Source: Microgenomates group bacterium GW2011_GWF2_46_18 (lineage in GTDB: Bacteria; Patescibacteriota; Microgenomatia; UBA1400; UBA12108). From it: 64,000 bases of DNA. Position 1 is the first letter of the stretch. Each line of letters begins with the position of its first letter. This document shows, piece by piece, positions 46,097 through 59,300 of the stretch. The position numbers and the translations under genes were made by a program. The stretch spans positions 12,489 to 76,488 of the forward strand of contig LCMB01000003.1 of NCBI GenBank assembly GCA_001002415.1, given 5' to 3'. A model generated the notes under the pieces. The model saw nothing but the letters and a program-made list of their open reading frames with translations, did no database searches and was not told where the DNA came from.

Positions 46097-48289
46097 CTAC
46101 TCATACCTTAAAGCATCCAGGGCCGAAATCTTGGTTGCGCGTCTGGCTGGGTAAATCCCCGTTACCACCCCCACCGCAAAAGATAATATCAAGACGAACA
46201 CGACGAATAACGGGGGAATATAACTAATATCTATCCACCCCACTCCCTTTACAATCGCAAAGGTTGAAAGTACTATCCCCAACAACTTCCCTGCCAAAAA
46301 TCCTGTCAGTACCCCAAATACTCCTCCCAAGAGTCCCATCGCCATCGCTTCTGCCAAAAACAACTCTTTAACCTCCGAGCTCTGCATTCCCATCGCTTTC
46401 ATAATCCCCACCTCCCGTGTCCGCTCCATCAGTGACACCGTTAACGTATTAAACATCCCCAGCGATGCCACCGCCAAAGCCACCAAGCCAAAAGTCGCTA
46501 ACACCGCTCTGGCAGTTCCAAATAACCGATCAATCTGTGCCACCGTGTCAGCCACCGAGGCCGTTTTGTACCCCAAGTTATCAATTTGCTGACGAATCTT
46601 TTCCAGATCACTCTTATCCTTAGCCACCAACTTAACTTGGGAATAATTAGTTGTCCCCAAACCCACAATATCCCCTAATGGTACGTACACCAAGGGTGTA
46701 CTCCCCTCTTCAATTACCGCCGAAACTGTATACACTGTCGGTTTTGATTCCGCCGTCCGATCCAAATCTGGTTTCAGTGTATTGAGAATCACAAATCCAA
46801 TCTCAAAAGTCGATCCAACCGCCTTATTCACATCTATTCCCAACAATTCAATAAAGGCTCGATTTACTACCGCCTGTCTCTGCATCGACTCTGGTGTTTC
46901 AATCATTAGTACCGCGGCTGCCTGAGCACTCTCTGAGGCGCTCTCTCCAATTGACACCCACTCTACTCCATTCTCATCCGTCCCAACCACCATCGCCGAA
47001 ATAGAAGCCGCCGGATTCACGCTCGTCACAATCTCCGCACTCCCACTGGCCTCCCCCAAAACCGTTCCATAATCAGTATCATCATCCCACTCGATGTAAC
47101 TACTCGCATCTTCGTCCACCATCACCCCAACTTCGGCAATGTATCCTTCTCTCCATTCCTGGATCCGTTCGCTATCATAAACAACCTCGTAATTAAATCC
47201 TTTCTTCTGCCACAACGGGTATGGAGCCTTAATCCATCTCCCCAATACTACTCCCTGAACACTGCGTCCTTCCCCACCCCGCTCGTCTTCCTGGTAACTC
47301 TCGCCCCAATACTCCACTCCTTCATATCCCCCTTCCACCCTCTTTACGTAACCCAAAATCTCCGCACCTTTCCGAGGTTCAGCTAATACCTTGAGATAAA
47401 TCTCTGGTTCTACGTTAAATTCGACATTGCGGATTCGACTTCCAAAACTAGCCTCTTGAAAATTCCATTCGGTACTGACTCCCGCCACTCTCACATCGGG
47501 CAATAACCCCGCTTCTTCTCTGGTGGTAAACCAATCTCCCTTAATTTTGTTCAATCCCGCCACCTCCAAATACTCTCCACTCACTCCATAAACCACACTC
47601 TCGCTATTTCCCCCTTCAAAAAATACCTTCCCGACCAGTGACACTATCGGCATCACCTTTTCCACCCCGCCGATATTTTGCATGGTTTGAATAGCCTCCC
47701 CGTCCAATCGAATATTCGAGGCCTGACCGATCGTGACATCGGCCATTTTTAATTCTTCCAGCCGCGCCACCCGCGAAACTACTAGTCGTTGTAACCCATA
47801 CCCCACCGAAACCAAAAACACAATCGCCGCAATCCCCACCCCCATCCCTCCCACTGTCACAAATGATCGAGTTCTTTTAGCTCGCATATTTCGGAAAGCC
47901 AAAGCGATGAGAAAGCTTCGCCGCACCCCTCCCCTGTGTCCTTCTAACTTAGCAATTACTCTCTCTCCCCAATTCCCCAGTTTAGTTTGCCAAAATCGAT
48001 CCGTTGAACTGACAATTTTCCCCAATATCTTGATCTGCCCAATCATTTTCCATAATAGCTCAAGCAAAAATACCAATAACAAGCCAAAGAAACTTAACAG
48101 TGACAAAATTGTTTTACCCTCTTCTTGTAGCTTAATTACCGTTTCTTTGGAGAAAAAATGTCTCCAATTCCGCAGTCTTTCCTTCCATGACCTTTTAGGA
48201 ACTTTTACCCCAGCCGTTCGCTCCTCAGCTTTGGCTTCATGTTGATGGTTTTGCAGTAAATCAGCTAACATTATTTTCTCCTCTTCCAA
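46097..48289 (-). CDS. MacB/FtsX-type ABC transporter permease
   Basis: RSFVTVGGMGVG, NTLTVSLMERTREVGIMKAMG, YPARRA..ISALDALRYE. Confidence 0.9.
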   Translation of the reverse strand: MEEEKIMLADLLQNHQHEAKAEERTAGVKVPKRSWKERLRNWRHFFSKETVIKLQEEGKTILSLLSFFGLLLVFLLELLWKMIGQIKILGKIVSSTDRFWQTKLGNWGERVIAKLEGHRGGVRRSFLIALAFRNMRAKRTRSFVTVGGMGVGIAAIVFLVSVGYGLQRLVVSRVARLEELKMADVTIGQASNIRLDGEAIQTMQNIGGVEKVMPIVSLVGKVFFEGGNSESVVYGVSGEYLEVAGLNKIKGDWFTTREEAGLLPDVRVAGVSTEWNFQEASFGSRIRNVEFNVEPEIYLKVLAEPRKGAEILGYVKRVEGGYEGVEYWGESYQEDERGGEGRSVQGVVLGRWIKAPYPLWQKKGFNYEVVYDSERIQEWREGYIAEVGVMVDEDASSYIEWDDDTDYGTVLGEASGSAEIVTSVNPAASISAMVVGTDENGVEWVSIGESASESAQAAAVLMIETPESMQRQAVVNRAFIELLGIDVNKAVGSTFEIGFVILNTLKPDLDRTAESKPTVYTVSAVIEEGSTPLVYVPLGDIVGLGTTNYSQVKLVAKDKSDLEKIRQQIDNLGYKTASVADTVAQIDRLFGTARAVLATFGLVALAVASLGMFNTLTVSLMERTREVGIMKAMGMQSSEVKELFLAEAMAMGLLGGVFGVLTGFLAGKLLGIVLSTFAIVKGVGWIDISYIPPLFVVFVLILSFAVGVVTGIYPARRATKISALDALRYE

Positions 48290-49094
48290 TATGTGTACTC
48301 TTGGTATCTCCGGCTACTTCCAACTCTTGGATATGTCTGGCTCCCCGCTTCCCTGCCATTTCCTTAAAGAGTTTACTCACTTCGGCCTGATTATATTCAT
48401 TCTCAATTTTTCCATCTACCACTCGAATCATCCTGGTCGCATACTTCAAGTATTCCAAGTCATGAGTCACCATCACGATAGTTCTCCCATCCTGCTTATT
48501 CAAATTAGACAATAGCTGCATTAACTCTTCTCCTGACTGGGTATCCAGATTTCCGGTTGGTTCATCCGCCACCAAAATAACCGGGTCATTAATTAAGGCT
48601 CTCGCCAAAGACACTCTCTGTTGCTGTCCACTCGATAACTCCGTCGGTGAATAATTTTGCCAATCTTCCATCCCCACGATTTTTAACATCTCTAGCGATT
48701 TTCCAAATGCCTCCGACGGCATCTGACCCAACAAAAACAAAGGGAAGGCCACATTTTCTAGTACCGTTAACGACTTGATCCAATATGGCTGTTGATACAC
48801 CATCCCTACTCGGGTTTTCCGAAACTCCGCCGCCTCATCCTGACTCATCTGCGCAAAATCTTTCTCTAGTAACATCACTTTCCCCGCGGTCGGCTTTTCC
48901 AGTCCTAGCAGGGTGTGTAATAAAGTACTCTTTCCTGATCCCGATGGTCCAAAAATGACAAAGAAATCCCCCCCGTGAATCTGGGTAGATACATCCTTTA
49001 ACACCTGAACTTCCTGTGTTCCCACCTGATAATTCTTATTCACATGCTCTACACTCATGACTGGAGAATTTTTACTTACCGTTATATTACTCAT
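48261..49094 (-). CDS. ABC transporter ATP-binding protein (LolD/MacB type)
   Basis: GPSGSGKS, LSSGQQQRV, ADEPTGNLD, VTHD. Confidence 0.93.
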   Translation of the reverse strand: MSNITVSKNSPVMSVEHVNKNYQVGTQEVQVLKDVSTQIHGGDFFVIFGPSGSGKSTLLHTLLGLEKPTAGKVMLLEKDFAQMSQDEAAEFRKTRVGMVYQQPYWIKSLTVLENVAFPLFLLGQMPSEAFGKSLEMLKIVGMEDWQNYSPTELSSGQQQRVSLARALINDPVILVADEPTGNLDTQSGEELMQLLSNLNKQDGRTIVMVTHDLEYLKYATRMIRVVDGKIENEYNQAEVSKLFKEMAGKRGARHIQELEVAGDTKSTHIGRGENNVS

Positions 49095-49112
49095 ATCTTT
49101 ACTACCAGTTTA

Positions 49113-52100
49113 CTAGTTACTCCCGTAATTGCCAAGGAATCCAAAGGCTTTCGAGAGATTAATAATTACCAAGTTAAGCGCACTCTGGGTTGCTTTAGGG
49201 GTAATCACTACCCGGTCCACCGATTGAGATTCATTATCCGCATCATCAAAAGAAATTGCCTTAACATGATAAACTCTCGAAGGTTGAAGATTGGGGACGA
49301 CTACTACATGATTATATGTTAAATCAGTATCATGCTGAGTTTTATTCACCAAATTCCCACTTGATCCTTCCCCATACGCTACCTGAGAAGTTGAGAGTTC
49401 ATCCGTATCCCACGCCACAACTAATTGTGCCGTAGTTTCTTCTCCCGCCCCTTGTATCACTGTCTCTACTTTCAAATTGGCCAATACCGGTGGTCGAGTA
49501 TCAGTCGCCGTGGTAAATGTTTGCGGATTACTCAAAGCCTCGTTGCCAATCTTATCTCTTCCTTTAACAATCAGAGTATACGCCGTATTAGGCAATAGTC
49601 CCTCAATCAACATTGTATGGGCTTTCACTAATTTAATCTCAATCTTATCTTGCGCCGCCGAAGCATTGGCTGATGGATAATAAGTCACAATACTCGAAAT
49701 TTCTGTGTTACTAGTCCAAGTAACCAAAACTGTCGAACTAGAGGATCCCCTCACCTGTTGTAACCTTACCGTCGCAATTTTTGGCCGAGGTAAAGTAGTA
49801 AAATCCAAAATCGTCCCCTCATATTCTGCCGTTTCTTCGTCAAACACATTAATTCTGTAGTAATACTTAGTCCCGTCAGTCAAACCAGATAATATCGTAG
49901 AATATGTCGTTTCACTGGTAGAAGTAGTCAAGGTCGTAGAACCACCAAAACTATTTGTTGTCCCGTAATATATTTTTACTTGACTAGCTCCAGTCACTGT
50001 ATAATTAATTACCGCTGAATCCAATCCAATACTAGTTACGTTCACGTTTTGTGCTACCGGTGCAGCATCTGTCGTAAAACTATACTCACTACTAGTTCCC
50101 GTATTGCCATCTTCATCCGTCCACTTAGCTTTATAATAATAAGTCGTCCCTGGAGATAATCCCGTTAGTTGAATTGAGTGCGCCGCCACTTGACTTGAAT
50201 TACTCGGTTCCACACTCCCATAGCTCCCACTGCCTGTCCCATACTGAATTTTTGAATCAGATGTTCGATCAGTCGACCAGGTTATCGTCGCTTTCTTGGT
50301 TGTAATCGATGACACTGCCGGATTAACACTCAATCCTGGCGCACTGGTCCACTTACCGGTCGGAGTTATTGAAACCGCATTTGTCCCGGAAGAAATCGCT
50401 TCAGCTCCATCCTGAGAATATACTTTGTAGTAATAAAGAACGGAAGCCGGAGTATTGTCCACATAGGAAAGACCGGAAGTACTACCTACCCGAGAAAAAC
50501 TAGACCCATCGACAGAACGATAAATCAGATAAGTTAAATTACCCGCTCCCTGGTAACTCGGAGCTGTCCAGGTCAAGGTCACATTCCATTGAGATGAAGA
50601 TTTAATACTAGAATCTGAAGCAACTAAATTACCCACATTGTCCGGATCGGTTGAATTTAAAGTAAAGCTACCGGAAATATAGTTGCTGGGAGAGTAATTT
50701 GGGGTTTCGGCATCATCTATTGCCACCACATAAACCGTGTTCACCCCTTTATTAACATTGGGTAAAGCAGCAGCGACTAAAGTAATTTCAGTACCATTAT
50801 CCCAATAGGTACTGGCATTACCTTGCAGTGTCGCCAAAGATGAAGGCGGACTGGTATTAATCATGTAATAGTAACTAGTCACATTTTGACCATCGGTCGG
50901 TGTTGCCTCCGACCATGAAAGAGAAAACTCATTGGTATCTGAAGTAGTAGGATCAATTGTTACCACACCATCTCCAGGAAAACTCGGAGCCTCCCCACCG
51001 TAAGTCAAATTACCGGTCCGGTAAGTTGCCGCCGAAGAGGGATTGCCGGCATTGTCGACCGTCCGGAAATAAACCACATTATTGCCAGTTATTACATTAG
51101 CTTCATCACGAGCAGCAATAAATGTATATGCAGAGGCAGTAGCCGGGATATAGTCCAAATCAAATTCCGCATTATAAGTCGTTCCCTGCCAAGAACCGGC
51201 ACTCGAATTAAGCTGATATTGCCAACCCAAAACTCCCGATTCGGAATCGGAACTGGCACTGCCACCACTAGTCGGCCAAGAAAAATTCATATCCACTACA
51301 TTAGAAAAATTAGTTGAAGGCATAGTCAGATAAGCTACATTAGTAGGGACAGTACTATCGTACTTAAAGCTCACCAAATCCTGCCAAGGACCAGCGATAT
51401 CATTGGCCACATTCCCAGCCGCATCCACCGCCTTAATCGAAAACCAATACTGTTTGTTAGTCGGTAAAGTTAAACCAGAAATCGAACTCAAATCCACGCT
51501 TGTTCCGGCAACAATATAAGGACAAGTTGAGTTATTGGTAATTCCATCATCCAAACCGTTCATCTCTCCTGCATCAGTCTCCGGATTAAGACTAGCTGAC
51601 GGAGTTGCATCTACCGTTTGCTCATCCAAAGAGATACAGTAACCAGCAACAGCCGTATCATCAGTCCCAGCTGTCCAAGTGATGGTAGGTTCAGTACTCG
51701 TCCAATTCCCACTGGTTAACCCAGTAATTGCCACATTAGCTGCATTCACGCTAGGTCTCAATTGATCTGAAGCTGTAAAAGGAACAGAAATATCATAAAG
51801 CTCCGGAGATAATGCTCCCTGGACAGTCAAAGTTGCCTGGTATTGAAGATATTGATCCTGGTCAGTAACACAATCAGTTTCTGTCAGATCTGTCCCAGAA
51901 GCAATCCCACTACAAGACCCCCAATCCGTAGCCCCAGACATATCCGGACTGCTATCAGTTCTAACTTTAATCGTTACTCCGGACCCTGAAGCCGTGTAAC
52001 TCAACTCCCCCCAGTCAGCCGCAAATCCGGCATCCAAAATATTCGAAATCAAAATACCAGAATCAGGATACTGACTTACCTCATCAGCGATTGTATTAAA

Positions 52101-53360
52101 AGCATTCGTTTCAGATTTGTAAGAAGCTGCAATCCAAGCGGCTGAACGTCCAATATCTGAAACTCTAATTTCATCGAGAACTCCATTAACATAATAGCTA
52201 GGTGCAAGTTTACCAATTGTAGTTGCACTCCCGGTAGAAAGCGCCCCTGATACTGATTGAGAGCTTGTTTGAACCCCATCAATATAGGCCTTTAGTGTTT
52301 CTCCGTTATACACCAAGCCTAATTGATGAAATTGCCCATCTCCCAGCCCACTTCCACTATTAAATACTTGTCTCCCCATCGTTGCTGTCGTGACTCCTGC
52401 TCTAATTTGTCCTGTGCTCTCAATCGCATCCAACTCAATCTGGGTACCTTGCATATAAATCGTATGATATCCACTCCCTGCCACTCCTAATCTCTTAAAC
52501 CAGGTAGTAACTGTCACTTGTGAGGCTGGGCTAATCGCAGTAATCGTAATGTTATCGCCGGCACCATTAAAGTGATCTGCTCCATCAATCTGACCAATGT
52601 CTGCCCCTTGCTCGGTCACCGTTACACTATTTGAATCAAAATTATTTGCAGTCGAATCATAGTGAACGCCACTGCTCTCATTAAAATGTTGGACCATCTT
52701 ATAACCACTATTCCAAACACTACTTTCTGTTTGTCCATCACTCGCTCCGGTATTACCGTAATATATATATACATAATCAGTGTTAGAATTTTGATCAATT
52801 TGGGGAACTTTAACCCACACGTATGAAGACCCGGTTTCATCCCACTTCTCGATTTCATAAGCCAAAACCGTCCCATCAGAATCAGTGAATCTCAAATCCT
52901 GACCCAAGTCTTGAGTCTTGGTGTAATCAATATTTGTCCCTGTGTCCAGCTTCACCAATACCGGGAAATCAGTTAGATTTTCACTAGTTACTCCCAAAGT
53001 AGCGTCAGTATTATCAAAGGTAATCTTCCTTCGATATGCCCAATTATGATAATCACTACTCCAACCATCCGTCTGATCAAGGACAATCAAACCAGCGCTG
53101 GCTGTGGCTTCAACTCCATCCAAACTCGTCCAGGTATTTACTGTCTCAGAAACTAACGTGGAACTATCCCCTCCACTCCAGTCCGTTTGGACCCATGGCG
53201 TACTTGTCGCTCTAATTCGTGGAATTACCACATCATTCACCAAGAAAAATAGTCCAATCGCCATTCCAGCCGTCAACGCACTAATAACCGCCATCTGTAA
53301 CCACACAAACGAAAACCTTGGTTTCAAATATCGATTTATCAACTTTTCTTTGATCGTCAT
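49113..53360 (-). CDS. Large surface protein (DUF2341, LamG-like and FN3 domains)
   Basis: DLRFTD..LAYEIEKW..VWVKVP (DUF2341), LDEIRVS (LamG), repeated L.GL.PGTTYYY (FN3). Confidence 0.85.
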   Translation of the reverse strand: MTIKEKLINRYLKPRFSFVWLQMAVISALTAGMAIGLFFLVNDVVIPRIRATSTPWVQTDWSGGDSSTLVSETVNTWTSLDGVEATASAGLIVLDQTDGWSSDYHNWAYRRKITFDNTDATLGVTSENLTDFPVLVKLDTGTNIDYTKTQDLGQDLRFTDSDGTVLAYEIEKWDETGSSYVWVKVPQIDQNSNTDYVYIYYGNTGASDGQTESSVWNSGYKMVQHFNESSGVHYDSTANNFDSNSVTVTEQGADIGQIDGADHFNGAGDNITITAISPASQVTVTTWFKRLGVAGSGYHTIYMQGTQIELDAIESTGQIRAGVTTATMGRQVFNSGSGLGDGQFHQLGLVYNGETLKAYIDGVQTSSQSVSGALSTGSATTIGKLAPSYYVNGVLDEIRVSDIGRSAAWIAASYKSETNAFNTIADEVSQYPDSGILISNILDAGFAADWGELSYTASGSGVTIKVRTDSSPDMSGATDWGSCSGIASGTDLTETDCVTDQDQYLQYQATLTVQGALSPELYDISVPFTASDQLRPSVNAANVAITGLTSGNWTSTEPTITWTAGTDDTAVAGYCISLDEQTVDATPSASLNPETDAGEMNGLDDGITNNSTCPYIVAGTSVDLSSISGLTLPTNKQYWFSIKAVDAAGNVANDIAGPWQDLVSFKYDSTVPTNVAYLTMPSTNFSNVVDMNFSWPTSGGSASSDSESGVLGWQYQLNSSAGSWQGTTYNAEFDLDYIPATASAYTFIAARDEANVITGNNVVYFRTVDNAGNPSSAATYRTGNLTYGGEAPSFPGDGVVTIDPTTSDTNEFSLSWSEATPTDGQNVTSYYYMINTSPPSSLATLQGNASTYWDNGTEITLVAAALPNVNKGVNTVYVVAIDDAETPNYSPSNYISGSFTLNSTDPDNVGNLVASDSSIKSSSQWNVTLTWTAPSYQGAGNLTYLIYRSVDGSSFSRVGSTSGLSYVDNTPASVLYYYKVYSQDGAEAISSGTNAVSITPTGKWTSAPGLSVNPAVSSITTKKATITWSTDRTSDSKIQYGTGSGSYGSVEPSNSSQVAAHSIQLTGLSPGTTYYYKAKWTDEDGNTGTSSEYSFTTDAAPVAQNVNVTSIGLDSAVINYTVTGASQVKIYYGTTNSFGGSTTLTTSTSETTYSTILSGLTDGTKYYYRINVFDEETAEYEGTILDFTTLPRPKIATVRLQQVRGSSSSTVLVTWTSNTEISSIVTYYPSANASAAQDKIEIKLVKAHTMLIEGLLPNTAYTLIVKGRDKIGNEALSNPQTFTTATDTRPPVLANLKVETVIQGAGEETTAQLVVAWDTDELSTSQVAYGEGSSGNLVNKTQHDTDLTYNHVVVVPNLQPSRVYHVKAISFDDADNESQSVDRVVITPKATQSALNLVIINLSKAFGFLGNYGSN

Positions 53361-53376
53361 ATGTTTATCTTGTTAA

Positions 53377-56300
53377 TTAATTCCCCGCTATTCCTCCCAA
53401 GAACCCGAAGGCTTGGGATAAGTTGGATACCACCAAATTTAAGGCACTCTTAGTTTCTTTCGGAGTAATTACGACTCGATCTACCGAGGTTGCTTCATTA
53501 CTTGCTTCATCCATCGACAAAGCCTTGAGGTGATATACCTTTGATGGCTGCAAATTAGATATCACCACCAAATGATTGAAAGTTCGATTACTGTCTTGCT
53601 GAGTTTTGCTCCCCAAACTCCCACCCGATCCTTCTCCATAAGCCACCTGAGAAGTCGAGAGTTCATCCGTATCCCAGGACACAACTAGTTGGGCCGTTGC
53701 CTCTTCCCCTACTCCCAGAATCACTGGCTCAACTTTCAAATTGGCAATCGACGGCGGTCGCGTATCCGACGCCGTACTAAATGTCTGTGCTGACGCTACC
53801 GCCTCATTCCCTACCTTATCGCGTCCTTTTACTACCATCGTATATGCAGTATTGGGCAGTAACCCAGAGATCAAAGCTCGGTGGGCTGTCACCAACTTCA
53901 CATCAATATTATCCTGCGCAGCAGATGGATTGGCCGAGGGGTAATAAGTAATTATCGAAGAAATTGGCGTATTAGTCACCCACGTGACCAAAATCGTTCC
54001 CGTTGCAGTCCCCTTAACTTGTTGCAGCTTCACCAAATCAATTCTTGGTCGCGGCAGAGTCTCAAAGGAATAGGTATCTCCCTCGTATTCATTATTCTCA
54101 CTGTCAAACAGACTAACCTTGTAATAATACTTGGTCCCATCCGCCAGTCCGGTCAACTGGACAGTATAGGTCGACTCAGCCGTCCCCACACCCATCTCAC
54201 TATAGCCTCCAAAAGCCGTGGTAGTACCGTAATACACTTTCGCTTTACTCGCGTCTTTACTCGTAAACTGGATATTCACTGTATCCAGTCCAATCGACAC
54301 CGCCTTCACTTCTTTAGCAGTTGGCGCCGGATCAGTCGCAAACGTATATTCTTCGCTCGATCCCAAATTCCCGTCCTCATCCGTCCACTTCGCCACAAAA
54401 TAATAGGTTGCCCCTGGGCTCAAATTGTTGAGCGTCAATGAATGTACTGTCACTTGATCAGAATTCCCCACCTCTTCATCAAAATAATCTCCGCTCGCCG
54501 TCCCGTACGCCACTTTCGAATCGGCCGTTCGTGACGTCGTCCAATCCACCTCAGCCTTCTTGGTGGTAATCTCACCAACCTCAGGCTCCCCGACCAAAGG
54601 CGCTGCCGTGGTATATTTTCCATCTGGATATAGCGATACTGCACTCGAAAATGCTCCGCAGTTATTGGCCGAATCACAGGCTCTTATCTTGTAGTAGTAG
54701 GTTATCTGGCTTAACCCTGTATCCACATATGAAATGCCCGAAGTTGATGCTCGTTGGGTGTAGGTAACGCCATCCGTCGACCGATAAACTTGATAACTCG
54801 CTACTCCCGCCCCGACCGACGAGGGTGACTCCCAAGTCAAGGCTAGCTTCCACGCCGAACTGGCCTTGACCGACACATCCGCAATATCAGCGTTTAGGGG
54901 TATGCCTGGCGCCGTCGTATTGGCCGTAAAGGTAACGCTTGCATAGTTGTCATAATCAACATTCCCCGCTTCATCCATGACTACCACATACAAAGTATTT
55001 TCTCCAGGAAGTGTCGCATATGCCGACGCTCCCAAACTATTCGAATAAGCTCTCGTAACTGACGACTCGGTTGGGAGTGCATTAACCGAGTAATAGTACT
55101 GCAAATTAACCAGTGAGCCATAATAAGCAACCGGTGCCTCCCACTCGAACTCAAACGAATTGACCGTATTTGTTTCCGGTGTCACCGTCAAACTGGTCGG
55201 AGCCGACGGAGCGCCATTATTGTAATAAAAAGATCCGGTCGTATAACTGCTATAGTTACCAGCCGTATCACGCGAACGCACATAAAAAGTATTCGTTCCG
55301 GTCTGGTATCCCGTAATCCCTGTCACACTCACTCCGCTCGTACACTGATCACTCGCCAAAGTCCCTGAAGCCGTTGCCGTTTTATAACAGTACTCAATCC
55401 CTCCACTGGCACTATCGGTCGCACTCTCCCAGCTAAAATCAAAATCATTGACCGCGGTATAACCCGAAGGATCTGCCGCCAAACCGGTTGGCACATTCGG
55501 AGCTTCATTATCATATTTATAAATAAATGGTTGCCATGCCGTCCCACTCACATTCCCCGCATCATCCTTGCTTTTAATCCGTAAATAGTAAGTACTCCCG
55601 GTAACTAGCGAGCTAGCTGTAAACGAGCTTGGAGTAATCAAAGTTCCCGCTGTTTCTGGATCAGCGTCGCTATCGGATCCGAAATATACATAATACCCAA
55701 CTATTGCACTTCCCGTCTCGGTATCACTGGCCCCGCCTGTTACTTCCGCATCCGGCCAGTCAAAATAAGGACTGGTATGGTTATACCAAGTATTAGTCAC
55801 CATACTGGCGCTAGCCGTTGCGGTCGTATACGCCGATAGTTCACTCGCGTTAGTCGGAGGGGTCGTATCCGAATAATACTTGATCGAATAATCCGCAATT
55901 ACTCCCGAGTAAATCCCATCCGAACTGGCAAGTTCAAACTGCACTTGTAAATACCGCTGTACCGTTGAGTTTATTTTGTACTCATAACTCGTTCCCACCG
56001 CTTTTTCTTCATTGGCAGAAACCCACGCATCCCACACCACTCCATCGGTACTGGTCCGTGTCGATACAGTTAAGGTATTATTGGTCGCAGACGAATACGT
56101 CAAGGTCAAGTTCGCCAATCGGTAAACCTCCCCCAGATCAATCGTTGCCGACTGGTATGACCCGGCTTCTTCAAACGAAGTGGTACTTGATTCCATCACG
56201 TAGGTATACAAACCATTGGCATAACTATTCGTTCCCGGTCCTGGTAACACATACATCTTTCCGCTCCCATCACTAGCCGCCGCCCCGCCGTAGTAAATTG

Positions 56301-59300
56301 CCCCCGGGAAATTCGCAATCGCACTCCAACTGTCCCCACTCACGCTATAACGGTAACAACTGGCGGTATTGTAACCTTTACAGGCATACAAATAATCTCC
56401 TCCTGAATCAACCAAAAAGCCATCGTTATAAACCGAGTCACTCAAAGCCGTTAAGGTACTCCAGCTACCTCCCGCCACATCATATCGGTAAAGCGGGTTA
56501 GGATTGACTGCACTTCCCCGCATGATATACAAATATCCGTCCTTATAAACCAGTTGGGCTCCGTAACTGACAGTCGCCGTAATATTGGTCAGAGTACTCC
56601 ACTTATTCCCCGCCGATCCTTGCGTATCAAACCGGTAAAAGCTGGTTGTTCCCGCCCCCCTCGCATAATAAATATAACGCGATCCATCATAAGCGAGCGA
56701 TGATCCCGCCCCTGGATCAACCGGCAGCAAATCATCTGCTTCCCGGCTCCAGACATTCGTCGCTATATCGTACACATAAAAATTATTATTAATATTGCTT
56801 GTGCTCGCATAAATTTTCTCTGCGGTACTGTCATAAACCAACGCTCCTCCCAAATACATTCCTCCCGGCACATCTGCTAGCTCTGTTGCGATCCCAGTTG
56901 TCGGATCATACTTAACAAAAGTACTATCCTGATTCCCTCTGGTTAGGTAGTAATTGCTTCCGTCACCTTTGATAATATCTGCTCCATATCCTTGGGTCGC
57001 CAGATCACTTCCAAAAAACATCTCCCGGAAAAATCCTCTTTCGGGTACTAACCACTCCGCTTTGGCAATATCATAAATCGCCATACTAGTAGTTGCCATC
57101 CCTCGCACTGCATACAACTTCCCTCCGGCATTGCGCATCGAACTCCCTAGCCCCAAAGTCCATGGCGCCTCATCCAACTGGCTCCAGGTATCACTCGCAA
57201 TCGCATATTTATATAGATAAGGTTTTCCTCCGCCAGGGATCATGTACAAAGCATTGCTAGTCGTGTCATACTGTAAATGTCCCCCCTGATAAACGTTGTG
57301 CGGAGTTTTGGCCAGCTGAGTCCAAGTATTGGTACTGATGCTGTAAGCTGCTAGTCCGGTATACTGCGTACCCTGCAAAGCATAAATCGTATCTGCCCCG
57401 TCATACGTCAAAGCTGCTCCATAATTAATCAAATTACTGATTTGTTCTGTTGTCGCCCCAAAATCCACATTTGCCATCGATTCCCAACTGTCATTTGTTG
57501 TGTTATAGCGCATAAATGCATCATCCGAAGTTCCCCGCAAAGCGTAAATATACTGAGTTCCGTCATATACTAGCGCCGAATCATAATAAATTGTCAGTGG
57601 TGAATCCGTCGCCGCCGCATCATCCCACGTATTTTGCGCAATATCATACCGCCAAAAAGTACTTGTCTGATTCCCGGCAAAGGCATACAAATACCCTCCC
57701 GGTCCCTCCACAATTTTGCCTCCATAATGCACCACCGCCGGAGTATCCGCTAGGGTCGACCAAGTACTGCTCGCAATATCATAACTATAAAAATTTGCCG
57801 TGTTATATCCCCGCAGGGTGTACAACTTGCTGCTGGTACTGACATATGCCGTACTGGATCCGTAATACGGTGCCGCCGGTATCAGTCCCGGAGCCTCTTC
57901 CCGCCAAAACCCAGCTTTCCCCGCCAACTTAATCTCATCACCTGTAATGGTCATGTTATCTACCGTACTCCCCGCAAAATCACCACTACTTGTATATGCC
58001 ACACTAGTCGCCACCACCCCCTGATACCCATAGGTAAATCCGCTTGCCACACTACTAGTATTACCAGCACTATCCTTGGCTACTACCCGCAAGTAATATG
58101 TCCCCGTGGTCAAATTACTGGTAACCACATAATCGCTTGTTGTCTGGTAATTTCCGGCTGTAATTGGATCAGCACTCGCATTAGTCCCGAAATACACATA
58201 ATACCCTGCCACACTAGTTTCGGCATCGCTTGCTCCACTCCAACTAAAGTAAGGATAGTTGTACCGGTAACTACTCCCCGAAACCAAGGTACTCCCTCCC
58301 ACCTCACTCGACTTTCCAGTAAATGTGGTGGGTGCCGTCGGTGCTGTCACATCCCCTTGATAATTGATCGTTAGAGCTGTCAAAGTCGGGGTTTCTGTCC
58401 GATCTGTACTTGCTGTCAAAGTTGCTCGCACTTGGATGTAGCGGTTGACACTTGACCCAATCGTAGTTCCCGCTACCGCCGTCCACTCTCCCCACGTAAC
58501 TTTGTCGGCACTTGTTCTCGTCTCGTAACTAATACTACTATCGCCAGGCTTAGTTGCTGTTTCCACTAAAGATGTCCACGCCGTCACATATGTCAAATCC
58601 TCTACCGGACTAATCCACGTCCCACTCGCTAAATAATCATTGGCATCAATCGAATAGCTTGCCATATTCAAAATACTCGCTCCCACCGCCGAATACAAAA
58701 TCGCGTTTATGGTATCAACGACCAGCGCTCCGCCGTTATAAGCTCCCTGATGATATCCGTAGTACTCGTTTAATGAATCCAGATACAGCCACTCTCCGCT
58801 GCTAATGTTGTATCTCCAGAATTGACCTTTGTAATATCCAGCCTGAATATAGATATTTCCATCCCAATAAACTGCATCACTCCCCCAATACGGTGCATAC
58901 GGTAGCGATGCTACTTCACTCCAAGTATCAGTTGAAATCGTATATTTCAACAAAAATCCGGTTCGCGAACCAGAAACATAGTAAAGATTCGTCCCATCCG
59001 AAAATAGCCTAGCCCCATAACTCGCTTCACTGTTATTAGGAAGGTCAGTTGGGGTATCTTCCCAGCTATTCCCCGAAATTGAGTAACGATAATGTTTGAG
59101 GGTATAACCTCCTACGGTTGCATAAAGATAATCACCACTCCCAGGGTACGCCAAACTGCCTCCATAATTTACATTTGCCGGAGCCACCGCCATCGTCGCC
59201 CAACTATCTGCCGCCGGATCATAGCGGTAAAAATTAGTAGTATTACTCCCTTGGAAGAAATATAAGTAACTACCCGCCACCACTCCTGTCGTATCATCAT